Source of the DNA: Mobula hypostoma
Taxonomy: Eukaryota
Direction of reading: 5' to 3'
DNA length: 64,000 bases
Assembly (NCBI RefSeq): GCF_963921235.1
Contig: NC_086097.1
Coordinates: forward strand, 94,862,001-94,926,000
Part shown: piece after piece, positions 37,283 through 51,182 of the stretch
Numbering within the stretch: position 1 is the stretch's first letter
Layout: each line of letters starts with the position of its first letter
The notes under the pieces: generated by a model
What the model was told of the DNA's origin: nothing
What the model saw: the letters and a program-made list of their open reading frames with translations, nothing else
Database searches by the model: none
Translations under genes and position numbers: made by a program

Positions 37283-38084
37283 TAGTGAATCTGTGGAATT
37301 CATTGCCACAGACAGCTGTGGAGGCCAAGTCATTGGGGATATTTGAAGCAGAGGTTGATAGGTTCTTGATTAGCAAGGGTGTCAAAGGTTATGAGGAGAA
37401 GACAGGAGTATGGGGTTGTGAGGGATAGTAAATCAGTCATACTCGATGGGCCAAATGGCCTAATTCTGCTGCTGACTTTTATGGGTGAACAGAGTTTGGT
37501 GCATTTTAGGACAACAGCTGCAGGACTTCAGCAGGGCAACAAATGGCGGAGAGAGGGACAAAGGAGATAAACAGGAGTGTGGCAGTACACTCTGGGGCTC
37601 CTCTGAACCCTCAGCTTAGATTTGCCCCACCCTTGCAACACTCCTGAAAGAACACTCCAGTGCACTCGTAACACCCAGCTCCCCTCCAGTTTCGTGCTGT
37701 CCTTTGTAAAGCATGTAATCTGGACCTGACAGCGGCCGACCAGTGTAGATTTACATTCTAAGGCCTTTAGTCATATCCCTTTCGTATTTTTTATTAAGTG
37801 CAGTCATGAACAATAACCAGATCAGAAATGCTGATCAAGTCAACTAGTTCCCAAAGAGAATTCTGATAGGCCAATCAGATGGTCCACTGCGGCTCAGCGA
37901 TAGAACACAAAAAAATTTCTGTCCTATTGTCTCTGATTTCATTTTGATCTCTTCTTGCCCCTTTTCCAGTATGAAATCTAATAGAAGTTGGACAAATTTG
38001 GATTGTTTCCTTCTGGGAACTTCGGAGGCCTAGGGGAAGTGTATAAGATTATGAGAGGCATAGAGAGGGTAGGTTCCTAAAGTT

Positions 38085-38680
38085 GTCATAGCCGGGGTTG
38101 GTAGTGGGGATAAGCTCCCACTACCTATAAGGTGCTCCAAATGGCGTGCGACTCTAACAGCCTCTGACAACCAAGTCCAACTCTTGGCCTTCACGTGTGG
38201 CTGAGTTACTAGGCCCAGCGGAACTGTTTCTACTGACAAGAGAAGGGGCAAAGGCGGATCACTGGCATCTCAAAACCAGTTGCTTTGGGCAGGTGGGGCT
38301 CGTCAGCCTCGGACGGCAGCCCGGCTAGGAGAAGGAAAACTCTGATTTTAAACCTCCGCTGCCTTGCAGCCAAACCCACCCATCGGAGAGGCTTTTGGAG
38401 TAAACCCCGAGGAAGAAATCTGGAACTATGGTCCCTAAGGCAGTTTGATGTTGTTTACAACTTCACTCTGGCAACCTCTGTGACGACACTGGTGCCAAGC
38501 TGTATGGATGCTTGCCCTTCCCTTGGGCGACACCAGTGACGTGGAGAGGGGGATCCCACTGCGTGGGCAACAGCTGGTTCCTCAAACCTTCCCGCCCAGG
38601 CTTGCGCCCTGGAGAGGACAGTCCACCAGAGGCACAAACCCATGATCCCCTGGGATCGACGGCTGTCTACTACTACTACT
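38085..38680 (+). mobile_element. SINE-like non-autonomous retroelement with (TAC)n tail
   Basis: Shares a ~130-bp core with 29431-29728; inserted in a CR1 fragment. Confidence 0.65.
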
Positions 38681-41600
38681 AAATAGTCTGTGCCATCTTC
38701 CCTAAAATGGATGTGTCAAGTAACGGAGATTAAGGTGAGAGCGGGAGAGTTTAAATGAGGTAAGTGTCTTACATAGAGAGTGGTTGAAGAATAATACATT
38801 AGCAATGTTAAAGAGGCATGTAGGTAGACACACGAACAGGCAGGGAGTGAAGGGGATATAGATCATGTGCAGGCAGATGGAATTGGTTTAATTTGACATT
38901 GTGACTGGCGTAGACACGATATGCTGACGGGTCTGTTACTGATCTTTGTTCTGACGAGGAAGCCTCTCTGCATATTTATTAGTTTGGCAGTGGTTTGCAG
39001 GTATCACTGGCAAACCAGACACTTCCTGCCCATCCATTATAAGGTGCGAAGATTCAAGCTTCTTTGCATCACTGTTCCCACATTACTGAAGGGTTGGGAT
39101 TCAGAGAATTTAGACACACCTACGATAAAGGAATTAACATTAAAAAAAATTGCAGGTGTGGGAAATCTGAAATAAATACAAAAGAAGCTGGAAAACTTGG
39201 CTGGCCGGGCTGTAGTTGCGGGACGAGAAACAAAACTGATGTTTCAGATCAAAGAACCTTCATCAGAGCTAGCAAGACAAATAAACTCATTAGTCTGCAG
39301 GGAGGGGGTGGGGTGGGGGGTGCGGAGAAGGATGTTTCTGATAGGGTGACCATGGCAGTGAACTATAAATAAGGTGGTTTGGTCAATGAGGAAATGGGAG
39401 TAGTTAGAAGGTGACAGCATGGCCTAAAGAACTCAGGCAAAACAATATAGGAGCTGCAAAATGCAGAGTAGGAAGACCTGCCTGGCTGGGGATACCTTCC
39501 GTTCCCAGAGGAGAAAAAAACAAGCTGAGCCAGTACCACAGATGGAAGGCTGATATTCAGAGATGCAAAGTATATTTATGATTAAAGTATATATGCAGTA
39601 CACAACCCTGAGATTTGTCTTCCCACAGACAGCCACGAAACAAAGAAACTAGATGGAGCCTGTTCAAAGAGAAGATCAAACACCCAATGTGCAAAAGGCA
39701 AAAAACGAGTGAAAAACGCACAGAATATAAAATGTCAAGCCGCGAAATCCTTGAAACAGTCTCGGAAAGTTCAGTTCAGTTCAGTTTAGTGCTGTGTCGT
39801 TCACGGAGTGCAGACCGTGGAGCCAGCTCACCCCAATCAAAATTGCACAGAATAGCGATAAATAAAGGAGCAAGCAGAAACCAGAAACACACGTGACATG
39901 AATTGCAGAGTCCAATCCAGAGTCCATGTCAATTAAACCCAAGACTCCAGCAGCAGCGAGTGGCAGGAAGAGAGATCGGCCAAACGCAGGCAAACGGGGT
40001 TGAACAAGCATCAAGTAACCCCAAGTGATCACGGATGGACTGGTGATATGCTTCCAAGTCAGGATAGTGTATGACATAAAGGGGAATCTTCACGTGGCGG
40101 TGCTCCCATGTACCGGCTGCCCCGGTCCTTTTTAGTGGCTGGTGTCAGGAGTCTAGGCTTTGCTGTTGAAATACCTTGGCGACTTGCCTCGGTGTGGAGC
40201 TGTAGCAGGGCAGATGCTAATTAAGCCAGCTTCTCTCTTCCGAGACGGAGCCAGAGTGTTGACAGAGGGATACTCATCCAAGCAGGAGAGAGGTATTCAG
40301 TCACACTGACAAGTAAAATCCTCAGGATGCTGGAAATCTGAAGAAATAGGAATGCTGCTCGGTATCCGTAGCGAGAGAGACACACACTGACTGAGATGGC
40401 ACTTACAGCACACAGTGGTCTGAGCAGCAGCAACTGGGGATCAATTCCACCGCTGTCCGGAAGCAGTTTGTTTGTTCTGCCCACGACCTGTGGCTTTCCT
40501 CCCTGTGCTGCGGTTTCTTCTCTCGCTCTGACGATGCGTGAGTTAGTAGGTTAATTGGTCACGTGGATGAAAGGGGGTGCTGTGGGCCCGCTGGGCCAGA
40601 GGGGCCTGTCACTGTGCTGTATCGCTAAAAACGTTTCGGGTTGATCACCTTCCACATCTGACTTGATGATGGAAGAGCTTTGAGTGAGTCTCTCATCACA
40701 AGATACTCAGCCTCTGACCTACTCTCGGAATTTGAAAGGTTACAGCACAGGAGCAGGCCCTGTTCCCCCCCGCCCACCAAATCCACACTAACCACGATGC
40801 CATTCTAAGCCAATCCTGTCTGCCTGTATATCTCCATCCCCTGCTTTCACATGTCTGTCTAAACGCCTCTTATTGTATCTACTTCCACCATCATCCCTGG
40901 CACCCAGCTCTCTCAGGGCAAAAGACTTGCCTCACACATCCCCCATGTGGCCAGAGTATTTAATGTGGTTGGGCCGGCTGAGTTTCAGGTTCATAATGTT
41001 GACTGTGGGTCTCTCAGCGGCAGCGTGACTGTTGAACCTCAAAGATGGGCAGTTAGACTCTCTTGTTGGAGAGGTTCATTGCCTGTTGTCAGAGACACTT
41101 TTCTTGGATGTAGTTCTCAATATCTGGCTGGTTACCCACCTTGGAGCAACATTAAAGGTGCTCTCTGTATTATCAATACCATACAGATGGGCCAAGTGGC
41201 ATCCAGTATCTTTATTTATCTTTCTCAGCAGTATGATTGCGCCCTCCTCTGTGTGTAAACAGGGCAAAGTTTAGCATGTTGCTCTGATAGCGACAGATTT
41301 CAAAGGCAAAGCAAACAGCGCGAGATAAGAAATGGAAAAGGCAAAGAACAAAGTCTGGCCATAGAACTTGAAAAGACTGGGATCACAACCTTCATGTCCC
41401 TCCATTATACTGTGGCACAGGTGCATACTTCACTGTAATTGGGGTAAGAAGTACTTCATTATCTGTAACATGGTGCCAGAGTCTACAAAACAGGATCTGC
41501 CGATAAAACAAAGACTTCCAGTGGTCGATGTTCACCATAGGAAGCATCCTTATCAGAAGCGTGACAGCCACAAGAGAGTTGTGAACGCAGCCTCCCCCAG

Positions 41601-44534
41601 TGACACGGTCCACACTTCCCACTACCTCAGGAAAGCAAACAGGATCATCAAAGACCCTTCCCGCCTTGGACATACTCCCTTCTGCCCACCTCCCATCAGG
41701 CAGAAGACACAAAAACACGAGGCATGTACCACCAGACCCAAGAACAGCTTCAATCCCACTGTTATGGGACGCTTGAATGAAGCTCCTATACAATAACTCT
41801 TCATCTCTCAATCTACCTCAACATGGCCACCGGACTCTGTGTGTCTCCCTGCACGGCAGTCCGTCTGGAACTGTAACACTACATCCTGCATTCTGTTTGC
41901 TTTTCCTTTTCAATGCATGGAGTGATCTGGATGCATGGCATGCAAACAAAAGCTTTTCGCTCTATCTCGGTCTATGTGACAACAGTAAACCAATTACCAA
42001 TTACCACTGATTACAAGTAATCAGGGGAAAATCGTACAGCGATCTCAAGGGCAAAGCCAGAGAGTTCAGAACCACCAGATGAGATGATAGAGGAAAGAAG
42101 CACAAAACGACTGGACAGTAGGTCATTAAGTCTCTCAAACCTTATCCTCAAATCATTAAGGACAAGGCTGATCTAATTTCATCAGTCCCTTCCTTCACAT
42201 CTATCAATCTGAAATTAACCTCCTGGCTTCACTTGCTGTTTGTGAAAGAATTCCGCCACACTAAACAGGAGTTTCCTAACCTAGCTTCTGAGAGTCCAGT
42301 TCTAATTTTTAGTCCATGTATCCATTACTAAACCCCCAACCACTACAAGTAGTTTCTACTAAACATTAATTCCCCTTGATTTTTGAAAACCAGCCAGCCT
42401 TTAATCTTTGAAATTTGGGGAAATACAACCATGGTTTGTGTTACCCTAGTCTGTCACCCCCTTCTCCCTCTTTCTTATGCTAAACTTTTGGAGACCGCAT
42501 ATTATTCAGGTAAATCTATGCTGCAATATATTACCCAAAGTGAACAGCTATAGTCAACCCAGGATTTGCTAAGCCAAAGTGTAGCTTCTCCCACTGTGTG
42601 GAGATCTCTAACCATCAGTATTCCAGAAATCTTTTCCATAATTATGGGGAGAAGGCCAGGGAGTGGGGCTGAGGAGGGCAAAAAAGGATCAGCTATGATT
42701 GAATGGTGGAGCAGAATCAATGGGCCAAATGGTTTAATTTAATGACACATGGTCTTATGGTCTAATGATAGAACAGACTCGATGGGCCAAATGGCCTAAT
42801 TCTGCTCCTATGACATATGGTCTTATGGGGTGATGAGAGACACAGCTCAGGAACGTGCACTTTGACCCATCTAGTCCACAATGACCAACAAACACCCATT
42901 CATATCCTGTGTTATTCCCATTTTTATTCTCCCCATATTCCTATTAGCTGTTCCTAGTTTCCACCACTCACCAACACACTAGATGTAATTAACCTACCAA
43001 CTCACCCATATGAGAAGAAACTGGAGCAACCAGAAGGGCGCCCGTACACGCACAAGGTGAGTGTGCACGCTTCATGCGGACAACACCCGAGATCAGAACT
43101 GAACTTGGGTCTCTGGGCCTGTGAGGGAGCAGCTCTACCAGCTGTTCCACGACCTCACCCACGACATCTTCCCACAGGTACCGTACATCTGTGTACATGG
43201 TCTCCCAAGACTTTGGACTGGCAGTTTCATTGCGTTTAGAAAGAGCTTGGTTCTGTCTTTCCTGGCTTCAAAGTGGGTGACCTCACATTTGACAAGATCC
43301 AAAAGTATTTGCGTTAGATTTTCCCATTTGCTCACACTGTTAATTATTGGTTTCATAATTTGGTTCATTACATTGCTGTCGAAGCTGGTAAGTTATTTTC
43401 TGTCTGACCATTGATAAAAGTGATGAAGCTGTAATCTGTCAACATCAGTTACACTCGGTGTGGGGGGAAGGAAATGTTTGTTGTACAGAGTGGTGTTCCC
43501 ACATAAGGAACGTGTTGCAATGTTTGTGCTTCTGGCTAAAGCCTCTTGAATCTCGTGTGTTCCCAGGAAGGTCGGCTGAGGGTTTTGCAACGGATGCACA
43601 GAGGATTCTCCATCTCAGAGTCAGTGCTGGATTGGAGCGTTTATCAAACGAGAGTTTTTCTGAATGATGCAGCTCATGAGGTTTTTATTTACCCAATAGG
43701 AAACAGGTTCATTTACCTGCCCATATTCTGTTCTGCAAGTCATTTAGCCAAGAGCAGAGTGCTCCTTGGAGTCTTAATATCACTTGCATGGCCTCATTCC
43801 TACCCATGCCATCAAACATGTCATCTTGTCAGTCACTAAGTATTGTCACACCTTATAATGATTGCATTTCATGCTGAAAGGACTGAAGGAGAAAAGGGTG
43901 AAGGAGAGAAGGAGAATAAGCAAAGGGGGAATATGAGAGGAGCCCTGAAGTAAGAGTGCACATGGTGATATGAGAAAGAAAATCATAAGGGAAATAGTAA
44001 AAGACCAGATTTTGGGCTTAACTGCCTTGGAGGATGTCACAGGACTGTAATCACAATGCCAGTGCACAGTTACATGCGAAATTTGATCACTAATCCGGTA
44101 GAATTAATTTAGATCACCAGTCAGAACTCACGGTCACCGCAGATTAGTCAGGCCAAAGGTCCTGTGTCTCTGCTGTATCACTCCGTGACTCTGATTTCAA
44201 GTTCACGTTTATTGATGTCACAAGCAGGGTAGCAATCCCATCGGAATTAGCCCTTTTGCTGCAGTAGCACGGGACATACGTTTATAGAAACTTAAATTAA
44301 CTTAACTTCTGCAAAACGGACAGGTGCACAAAACTAAACAACAGATAAAGTGAACAACACCAGGGAAAGGCTCCTTAGAGCATGGTGGCTTTACAACTTA
44401 CTCCAGAGAGCAGCTTTCCTAAGGCGGTTAGAGTCATAGAATCATACTGCAATACAGAATGGACACAGGCCCTTCGGCCCACTAGTCCATGGTGACCACG
44501 GTGCCCACACAACTAGTCCCAAATCCCTCCAAGG

Positions 44535-44613
44535 CAGGGGTTCCCAACCTATTTGTGCCACAGACCAATACCATTAAGCAAGAGGTCCGTGGACCCTAGA
44601 TTGGGAAGCCTTG
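44535..44613. mobile_element. Small hAT-type MITE
   Basis: Starts CAGGGGTTCCCAACCT with a degenerate inverted end AGATTGGGAAGCCTTG; TSD only partly preserved. Confidence 0.55.
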
Positions 44614-44614
44614 C

Positions 44615-45023
44615 TCCTTTAAATACCTACCTAAGTGCTTCTTAATAATGTTATTGTACCTGTATCACCCACTACTTCTGGCAGCTCATTCCAAACACTC
44701 ACCACCCTCGGGGTGAAATATTTCCCCTCGGGCCCCTCTTAAATCTTTCTCCTCACCCAAAATATGTTCCCACTAGTTTTAGTCTGCTCTACCCTGGGGA
44801 AAGAACTGTCATCACCCACCTTATCAACGCATCTTACTATTTCAAACAAGGAATAAAGACCCAGACTCTCCTTGTAACTCAGGCTCTTTAGCCCTGGCAA
44901 CATCCTCATGAATCTTTTCTGCACTCTTTCCACTGTGACAGCACCTATCCTACAACAGGATGACCAAATGGAATATAGTACTCAAAACGAAGCATCATCA
45001 GCAACTTACACAATTACAACAAA
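44615..45023 (-). mobile_element. Old CR1 3' fragment contiguous with the minisatellite
   Basis: ERVQKRFMRMLPGLKSLSYKE-type CR1 C-terminal remnant on the minus strand, reading directly out of the repeat units. Confidence 0.75.
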
Positions 45024-45666
45024 ATGTGCAAACTCATGTACTCAATGTCCTTATTATTGAAGGCCAGGCCAGTGTGCAAACTCCTAAACTCAATGTCCTT
45101 ATTAATGAAGGCCAGGCCAGTGTGTAAACTCCTAAACTCAATGTCCTTATTAATGAAGGCCAGGCCAGTGTCCAAACTCCTAAACTCGATGTCCTTATTA
45201 ATGAACTCCAGGCCAGTGTGCAAACTCCTAAACTCGATGTCCTTATTAATGAAGGCCAGGCCAGTGTCCAAACTCCTAAACTCAATGTCCATATTAATGA
45301 ACTCCAGGCCAGTGTGCAAACTCCTATACTCAATATCCTAATGAATGAAGGCCAGGCCAGTGTGCAATTTCCTACACACAATGCCCTAATTAATGAAGGC
45401 CAGCGTGCAAACTCCTATACTCATTTCCCTGACTGATGAAGTCCTGCATGCAAACTACAATACACAATGCACTGACTAATAAAGGCCAGGCCAGTGTGCA
45501 AACTCTAATACTTAATGCCCTAACTAATGAAGGCTGGTATTGAAACTCCAATACTCGATACACTGACTAATGAAGGTCTGTGTGCAAACTCCTATACTCA
45601 ATGCCCTGACTAATGAAAGCCAGGCCAGGGTGGAAACTCTTATACCCAATGCCCTGACCAATGAAG
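45024..45666. repeat. 48-bp minisatellite, block 1 (CR1 ORF2-derived)
   Basis: Unit AATGAAGGCCAGGCCAGTGTGCAAACTCCTAAACTCAATGTCCTTATT; minus-strand translation repeats HTGLAFINKDIEFRSL. Confidence 0.92.
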
Positions 45667-48600
45667 CATGTCAACATCAGTGAGTTAGATTGGCGGGAAG
45701 AATTTAAAAGGAAGATGGCTTTATAGAGCAGGTGTTAGAGTAGAGGGGGACAGAGTAAGAGGGCTTTGGCTCAACAGGGTGAGGCGAGGTACGTTACTTG
45801 TGTAGAATAGAAACAGGAAGTATGTGTGTGAGGCCGGTGTTCTGTACTGGGAGTCAGATGTGGGATCTCTGGGGGACTCCCGGCCTCCCGGACAGCCACA
45901 TCTGCGCCAGGTGCGTCAAGCTGCAGCTCCTTAGGGACCATGTTAGGGAACTGGAGCTGCAGCTCGATGACCTTCGTCTGGTCAGGGAGAGTGAGGAGTT
46001 GATAGAGAGGAGCTATAGGCAGGTAGTCACACTGGAGCCTCGGGAGACAGATGAGCAGGTAACAGTCAGGAGAGGGAAGAGCAAGAGTCAGATACTGGAG
46101 AGTACCCCTGTGGCTGTACCCCTTAACAATAAGTACTCCTGTTTGAGTACTGTTGGGTGGGGGTGGGGAACAGCCTACTTGGGGGAAGCAGCAGCGGCCG
46201 TGCCTCTGGCACACAGTCTGGCCCTGTGGCTCAGAAGGGTAGGGAAAGGAAGAGGATGGCAGCAGTGATAGGGGACTCTATAGTTAGGGGGTCAGACTGG
46301 CGATTCTGTGGATGCAGGAAAGAAGCACAGATGGTAGTTTGCCTCCCAGGTGCCAGGGTCCGGGATGTATCTGATCGCGTCCACAATATCCTGAAGTGGG
46401 AATGTGAAATGCCAGAGGTCGTGGTACACATTGGTACCAACGACATAAGTAGGAAAAGGGAGGAGGTCCTGAAAACAGACGACAGGGAGTTGGGAAGGAA
46501 ACTGAGAAGCAGGACCTCAAAGGTAGTAATCTCGGGATTACTGCCTGTGCTACGAGACAGTGAGTATAGGAATAGCGTGAAGTGGAGGATAAATGTGTGG
46601 CTGAAGGACTGGAGCAGGGGGCAGGGATTCAGATTTCTGGATCATTGGGACCTCTTTTGGGAACGGTGTGCACTTGAATCCGAGAGGAACCAATATCCTG
46701 GCAGGGAGGTTTGCTAAGGCTATTGGGGAGAGTTTAAACTAGAATCGCTGGGGGGTGGGAACCAAACTGAAGAGATGGAGGAAGGGGTGGTTGGCTCACT
46801 AATAGAGAAAGCTTGGAGACAGTGCAAGAGGGAGGATAGGCAGGTGATAGAGAAGGGATGCGCTCAGACCAATGGTTTGAGATGTGTCTATTTTAATGCA
46901 AGAAGCATCATGAACAAGGCAGATGAGCTTAGAGCCTGGATCAGTACTTGGAGCTATGATCTTGTGCCCAATACAGAGAACTGGAAGGCTCAGGGACAGG
47001 AACGGTTACTTAGAGTGCCAGGCTTTAGATGTTTCAGGAAGGACAGGGAGGGAGGCAAAAGAGGTGGGTGTGTGGCACTGCTGGTCAGAGATAATGTCAC
47101 GGCTGCAGAAAAGGAGGAAGTCATGAGAGGATTGTTTATGGAGTCTCTATGGGTGGAAGTTAGGAATAGGAAGGGGTCAATAACTCTACTGGGTGTTTTT
47201 TATAGTCCACCCAATAGTAACAGGGCCATCGAGGAGCGGATAGGGAGACAGATTCTGGAAAGGTGTAATAATAACAGGGTTGTTGGGGAAGGAGATTTTA
47301 ATTTCCCAAATATTAATTGGCATCTCCCTAGTGCAAGGGGTTTAGATGGGGTAGAGTTTGTTAGGTGTGTTCAAGAAGGTTTCTTGACACAATATGCAGA
47401 TAAGCCTACAAGAGGAGAGGCTGTACTTGATCTGGTATTGGGAAATGAACCTGGTCAGGTGTCAGATCTCTCAGTGGGAGAGCATTTTGGAGATAGTGAT
47501 CACAATTTTATCTCCTTTACCACAGCATTGGAGAGGGATAGGAACGGACAAGTTAGGAAAGCGTTCAATTGGAGTAAGGGAAAATATGACGCTATCAGGC
47601 AGGAACTTGGAAGCAGAAATTGGGAACAGATGTTCTCAGGGAAATGTACGGAAGAAATGTGGCAAATGTTCAGGGGATATTTGTGTGGAGTTCTGCAGCA
47701 TCATTGTAGACCCATCACACCCTGGACATCACCTGTTCCGACTCCTTCCTTCTGGTAGACGCTTTAGATCACTGTATGCCAGGACAAATAGGTACAAGAA
47801 CAGTTTCTTTCCGTATGCCATCAGTTTTATGAACACTTGAATTTTAGTCTATTATAAACCAAGTCCACCTGTACATACACAGGTATACCTCATTGTATAT
47901 AGTTCATGATTATTTGCACTATTGTTTTGTTTGCTTTTTGATTCTGTACAGCGAGAGCTCAGGGAAACCAGCATCAAATTCCTAGTATGTGTCCATGTAC
48001 TTGGCGGTAATAAAGGATTCTGATTCTGATAGGTATGTTCCAATGAGACAGAGAAAGGATGGTAGGGTACAGGAACCGTGGTGTATAAAGGCTGTTGTAA
48101 ATCTAGTCGAAAAGAAAAGAGAGCTTACGAAAGGTTCAAAAACTAGGTAATGGTAGAGATCTATAAGATTATAAGGCTAGCAGGAAGGAGCTTAAGAATG
48201 AAAATAGGAGATCCAGAAGGGGCCATGAGAAGGCCTTGGTGGACAGGATTAAGGAAAACCTCAAGGCATTCTACAAGTATGTGAAGAGCAAGAGGATAAG
48301 ACATGAGAGAATAGGACCAATCAAGTGTGACAGTGGAATAGTGTGTATGGAACCTGAGGAGATAGCAGAGGTACTTAATGAATACTTTGCTTCAGTATTC
48401 ACTACAGAAAAGGATCTTGGTGATTGTAGGGATGAATTACAGCAGATTGAAAAGCTTGAGCATATAGACATTAAGGAAGAGGATGTGCTGGAGCTTTGGA
48501 AAGCATCAAGTTGATAAGTCTCTGGGACTGGACAAGATATACCCCAGGCTATTGTGGGAGGTGAGGGAGGAGATTGCTGAACCACTGGCAATGATCTTAG

Positions 48601-49368
48601 CATCGTCAGTAGGGACGGGAGAGGTTCTGGAGGATTGGAGGGTTGCAGATGTTGTTCCCTTATTCAAGAAAGGGCGTAGAGATAGCCCAGGAAATTATAG
48701 AACAGCGAGTCTTATTTCAGTGGTTGAAGGCATACGGTGCATTGGCCTTCATCAATCGTGGGATTGAGTTTAAGAGCCAAGAGGTAGTGTTACAACTATA
48801 TATATATGACCTTGGTCAGACCCCACTTGGAGTACTGCGCTCAGTTCTGGTCACCTCACTACAGGAAGGATGTGGAGACTATAGAAAGGGTGCAGAGGAG
48901 ATTTACAAGGACGTTTCCTGGATTGGGGAACATGCCTTTTGAGAATAGGTTGAGTGAACTTTGACCTTTTCTCCTTGGAGCGACGGAGGATGAGAGGTGA
49001 CCTGATAGAGGTGTATAAGATGATGAGAGGTATTGATCATGTGGATAGTCAGAGGCTTTTTCCCAGGTCTGAAATGGCTAACACAAGAGGGCACAGTTTT
49101 AAGGTGCTTGGAAGCAGGTACAGAGGAGATGTCAGGAGTAAGTTTTTTACGCAGAGAGTGGTGAGTGCGTGGAATGGGCTGCCGGCAATGGTGGGGGCGG
49201 GGGGGGCAGATATGATAGAGTCTTTTAAGAGACTCCTGGATAGGTACATGGAACTTAGAAAAATAGAGGGCTATGGGTAACCCTAGGTAATTTCTAAAGT
49301 AAGTACACGTTCGGCACAGCATTGTGGGCCGAAAGGCCTGTATTGTGCTGTAGGTTTTCTATGTTTCC
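45667..49368 (+). mobile_element. Near full-length but disrupted CR1 LINE: ORF1 (Cys-rich, coiled coil, SGNH esterase), ORF2 APE endonuclease, RT core deleted
   Basis: ORF1: VIGDSIVRG, CLPGARVRDV, VHIGTNDI. APE: YFNARSI, GDFNFPNI, LDLVL, GDSDHN. C-terminus: LAFINRGIEF, RGDLIEVYK. TTTCTATG tail; ATGAAG at both junctions. Confidence 0.93.
47697..48028 (+). mobile_element. Rex1/Babar-type LINE 3' fragment inserted in CR1 ORF2
   Basis: SIIVDPSHPGHHLFRLLPSGRRFRSLYARTNRYKNSFFPYAI, then AATAAA and a (GATTCT)n tail; the CR1 sequence resumes afterwards. Confidence 0.85.
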
Positions 49369-49795
49369 ATGAAGGCTAGGCAAGTGTGCAAACTCCTATC
49401 CTGAATGTCCAGACTAATGAAGGCCAGAACAGTGTGCAAACTCCTAAAGTCAATACACTGACTATTGAAGACCAGGCCAGTGTGCAATCTCCTGTACACA
49501 ATGCCTTGACTGATAAAGGGCTGACCAGGGTGCAAACTTCAATGCTAAACGCCCTGACTAATAATGGCCAACCCAGAGTGCAAAATCCAATACGCAATGG
49601 CCTGACAAGTGAAGGCCGGTGTGCAAACTCCTATTCTCAATGCCCTGTAAAATGAAGACCAAGCCAGTGAGCAAACACCTATTCTCAGTGCCCTGACTAA
49701 TGAAGGCCAGGCGAGCGTGCAATCTCCCGTATACAATGCCTTAACTGATAAAGGGCTGGCCAGGGTGCAAACTCCTATACTCAAAGCCCTGAATG
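49369..49795. repeat. 48-bp minisatellite, block 2
   Basis: Degenerate units of the same repeat (AATGAAGGCCAG...GTGCAAACTCCTA...AATGCCCTGACT). Confidence 0.88.
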
Positions 49796-49799
49796 ATGG

Positions 49800-51182
49800 A
49801 CTCCTATTTAAGAAGGATGGGAGGCAGCAGGAAGGAAACTATAGACCTGTTAGCCTGACTTCAGTGGTTGGGAAGCTGTTGGAATCAATTGTTAGGGATG
49901 AGATTACAAAGTACCTGGAGGCACATGACAAGATAGGCCAAAGCCAGCATGGTTTCCTGAAAGGAAAATCCTGCCTGACTAACCTACTGCAATTTTTTGA
50001 GGAAATTACGAGCAGAATAGACAAAGAAGATGCAGTAGATGTGGTGTACTTGGATTTTCGGAAGGCCTTTGACAAGGTGCCATACATGAGGGTGCTCAGC
50101 AAGATAAGAGCCCATGAAATTACAGGGTAGTTACTTGGGTGGGTGGAGCAGTAGCTGGTTGGCAGAAAACAGAGAGAGGGAATAAACGGATCCTACTCTG
50201 GCTGGCTGCCAGTTACCAGTGGAGTTCCACAGGGGTCGGTGTTGGGACCGCTGCTTTTTACGATGTACGTCAATGATTTGGACTGTGGGATTAATGGATC
50301 TGCGGCTAAATTTGCTGATGATACAAAGATAGGTGGAGGACCGGGTAGTGTTGAGGAAACAGAAAGTCTGCAGAGAGACTTAGATAGTTTAGGGGAATGG
50401 GCAAAGAAGTGGCAAATGAAATACAATGTTGGAAAGTGTATGGTCATGCACTTTGGTGGAAGAAATAAACGGGCAGATTATTATTTAGATGGGGCAAGAA
50501 TTCAAAATGCAGAGATGCAAAGGGACTCGGGAAACCTTGTGTAGGATACCCTAAAGGTTAACCTCCAGGTGAGTCAGAGGTGGAGGAGATGAATGCAATG
50601 TTGACATTCATTTCTAGAGATATAGAATATAAGAACAGGGATGTGATGTTGAGGCTTTTTAAGGCACTCGTGAGACCACACTTGGAGTATGGTGTGCAGT
50701 TTTGGGTTCCTTATTTTAGAAAGGATATACTGACATTGGAGAAGGTTCAGAGAAGATTCACGAGAATGATTCCAGGAATGAAATCATTTCAGGTATGAGG
50801 AACGTCTGACAGCTCTTGGGCTGTATTCCATGGAGTTCAGGAGAATGAGGGGGGATCTCATGGTAGGGGAGTCTAGGACAAGAGGGCATGACTTCAGGAT
50901 TGAAGGACATCTATTTAGAACAGAGATGCGGAGAAATTACTTTAGTCAGAAGGTGGTAAATCAGTGGAGTTTGTTGCCACGAGCAGCTGTGGAGGCCAAG
51001 TCATTGGGTGCATTTAAGGCAGAGATAGATAGGTTCTTGATTAGCCAGGGCATCAAAGAGCATGGGGAGAAGGCAGGGGAGTGGGGATGATTGGAAGAAT
51101 TGGATCAGGCCACGAATGAATGTCGGAGCAAACTCGATGGGCCAAATGGCCTACTTCTGCTCCTATATCTTATGGTCTTATG
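49800..51182 (+). mobile_element. 5'-truncated CR1 LINE (degenerate RT plus 3' UTR)
   Basis: NYRPVSLTSVVGKLLE, QHGFLKGKSCLTNLL, KFADDTKIGG; several stops; (CTTATGGT)n tail. Confidence 0.92.

Noticed and set aside
45014..45436. Periodic array as CRISPR or as a repeat-protein gene
   Set aside because: Head-to-tail 48-bp units with no unique spacers, eukaryotic context and no cas genes; frames stay open only because the unit is a multiple of three.
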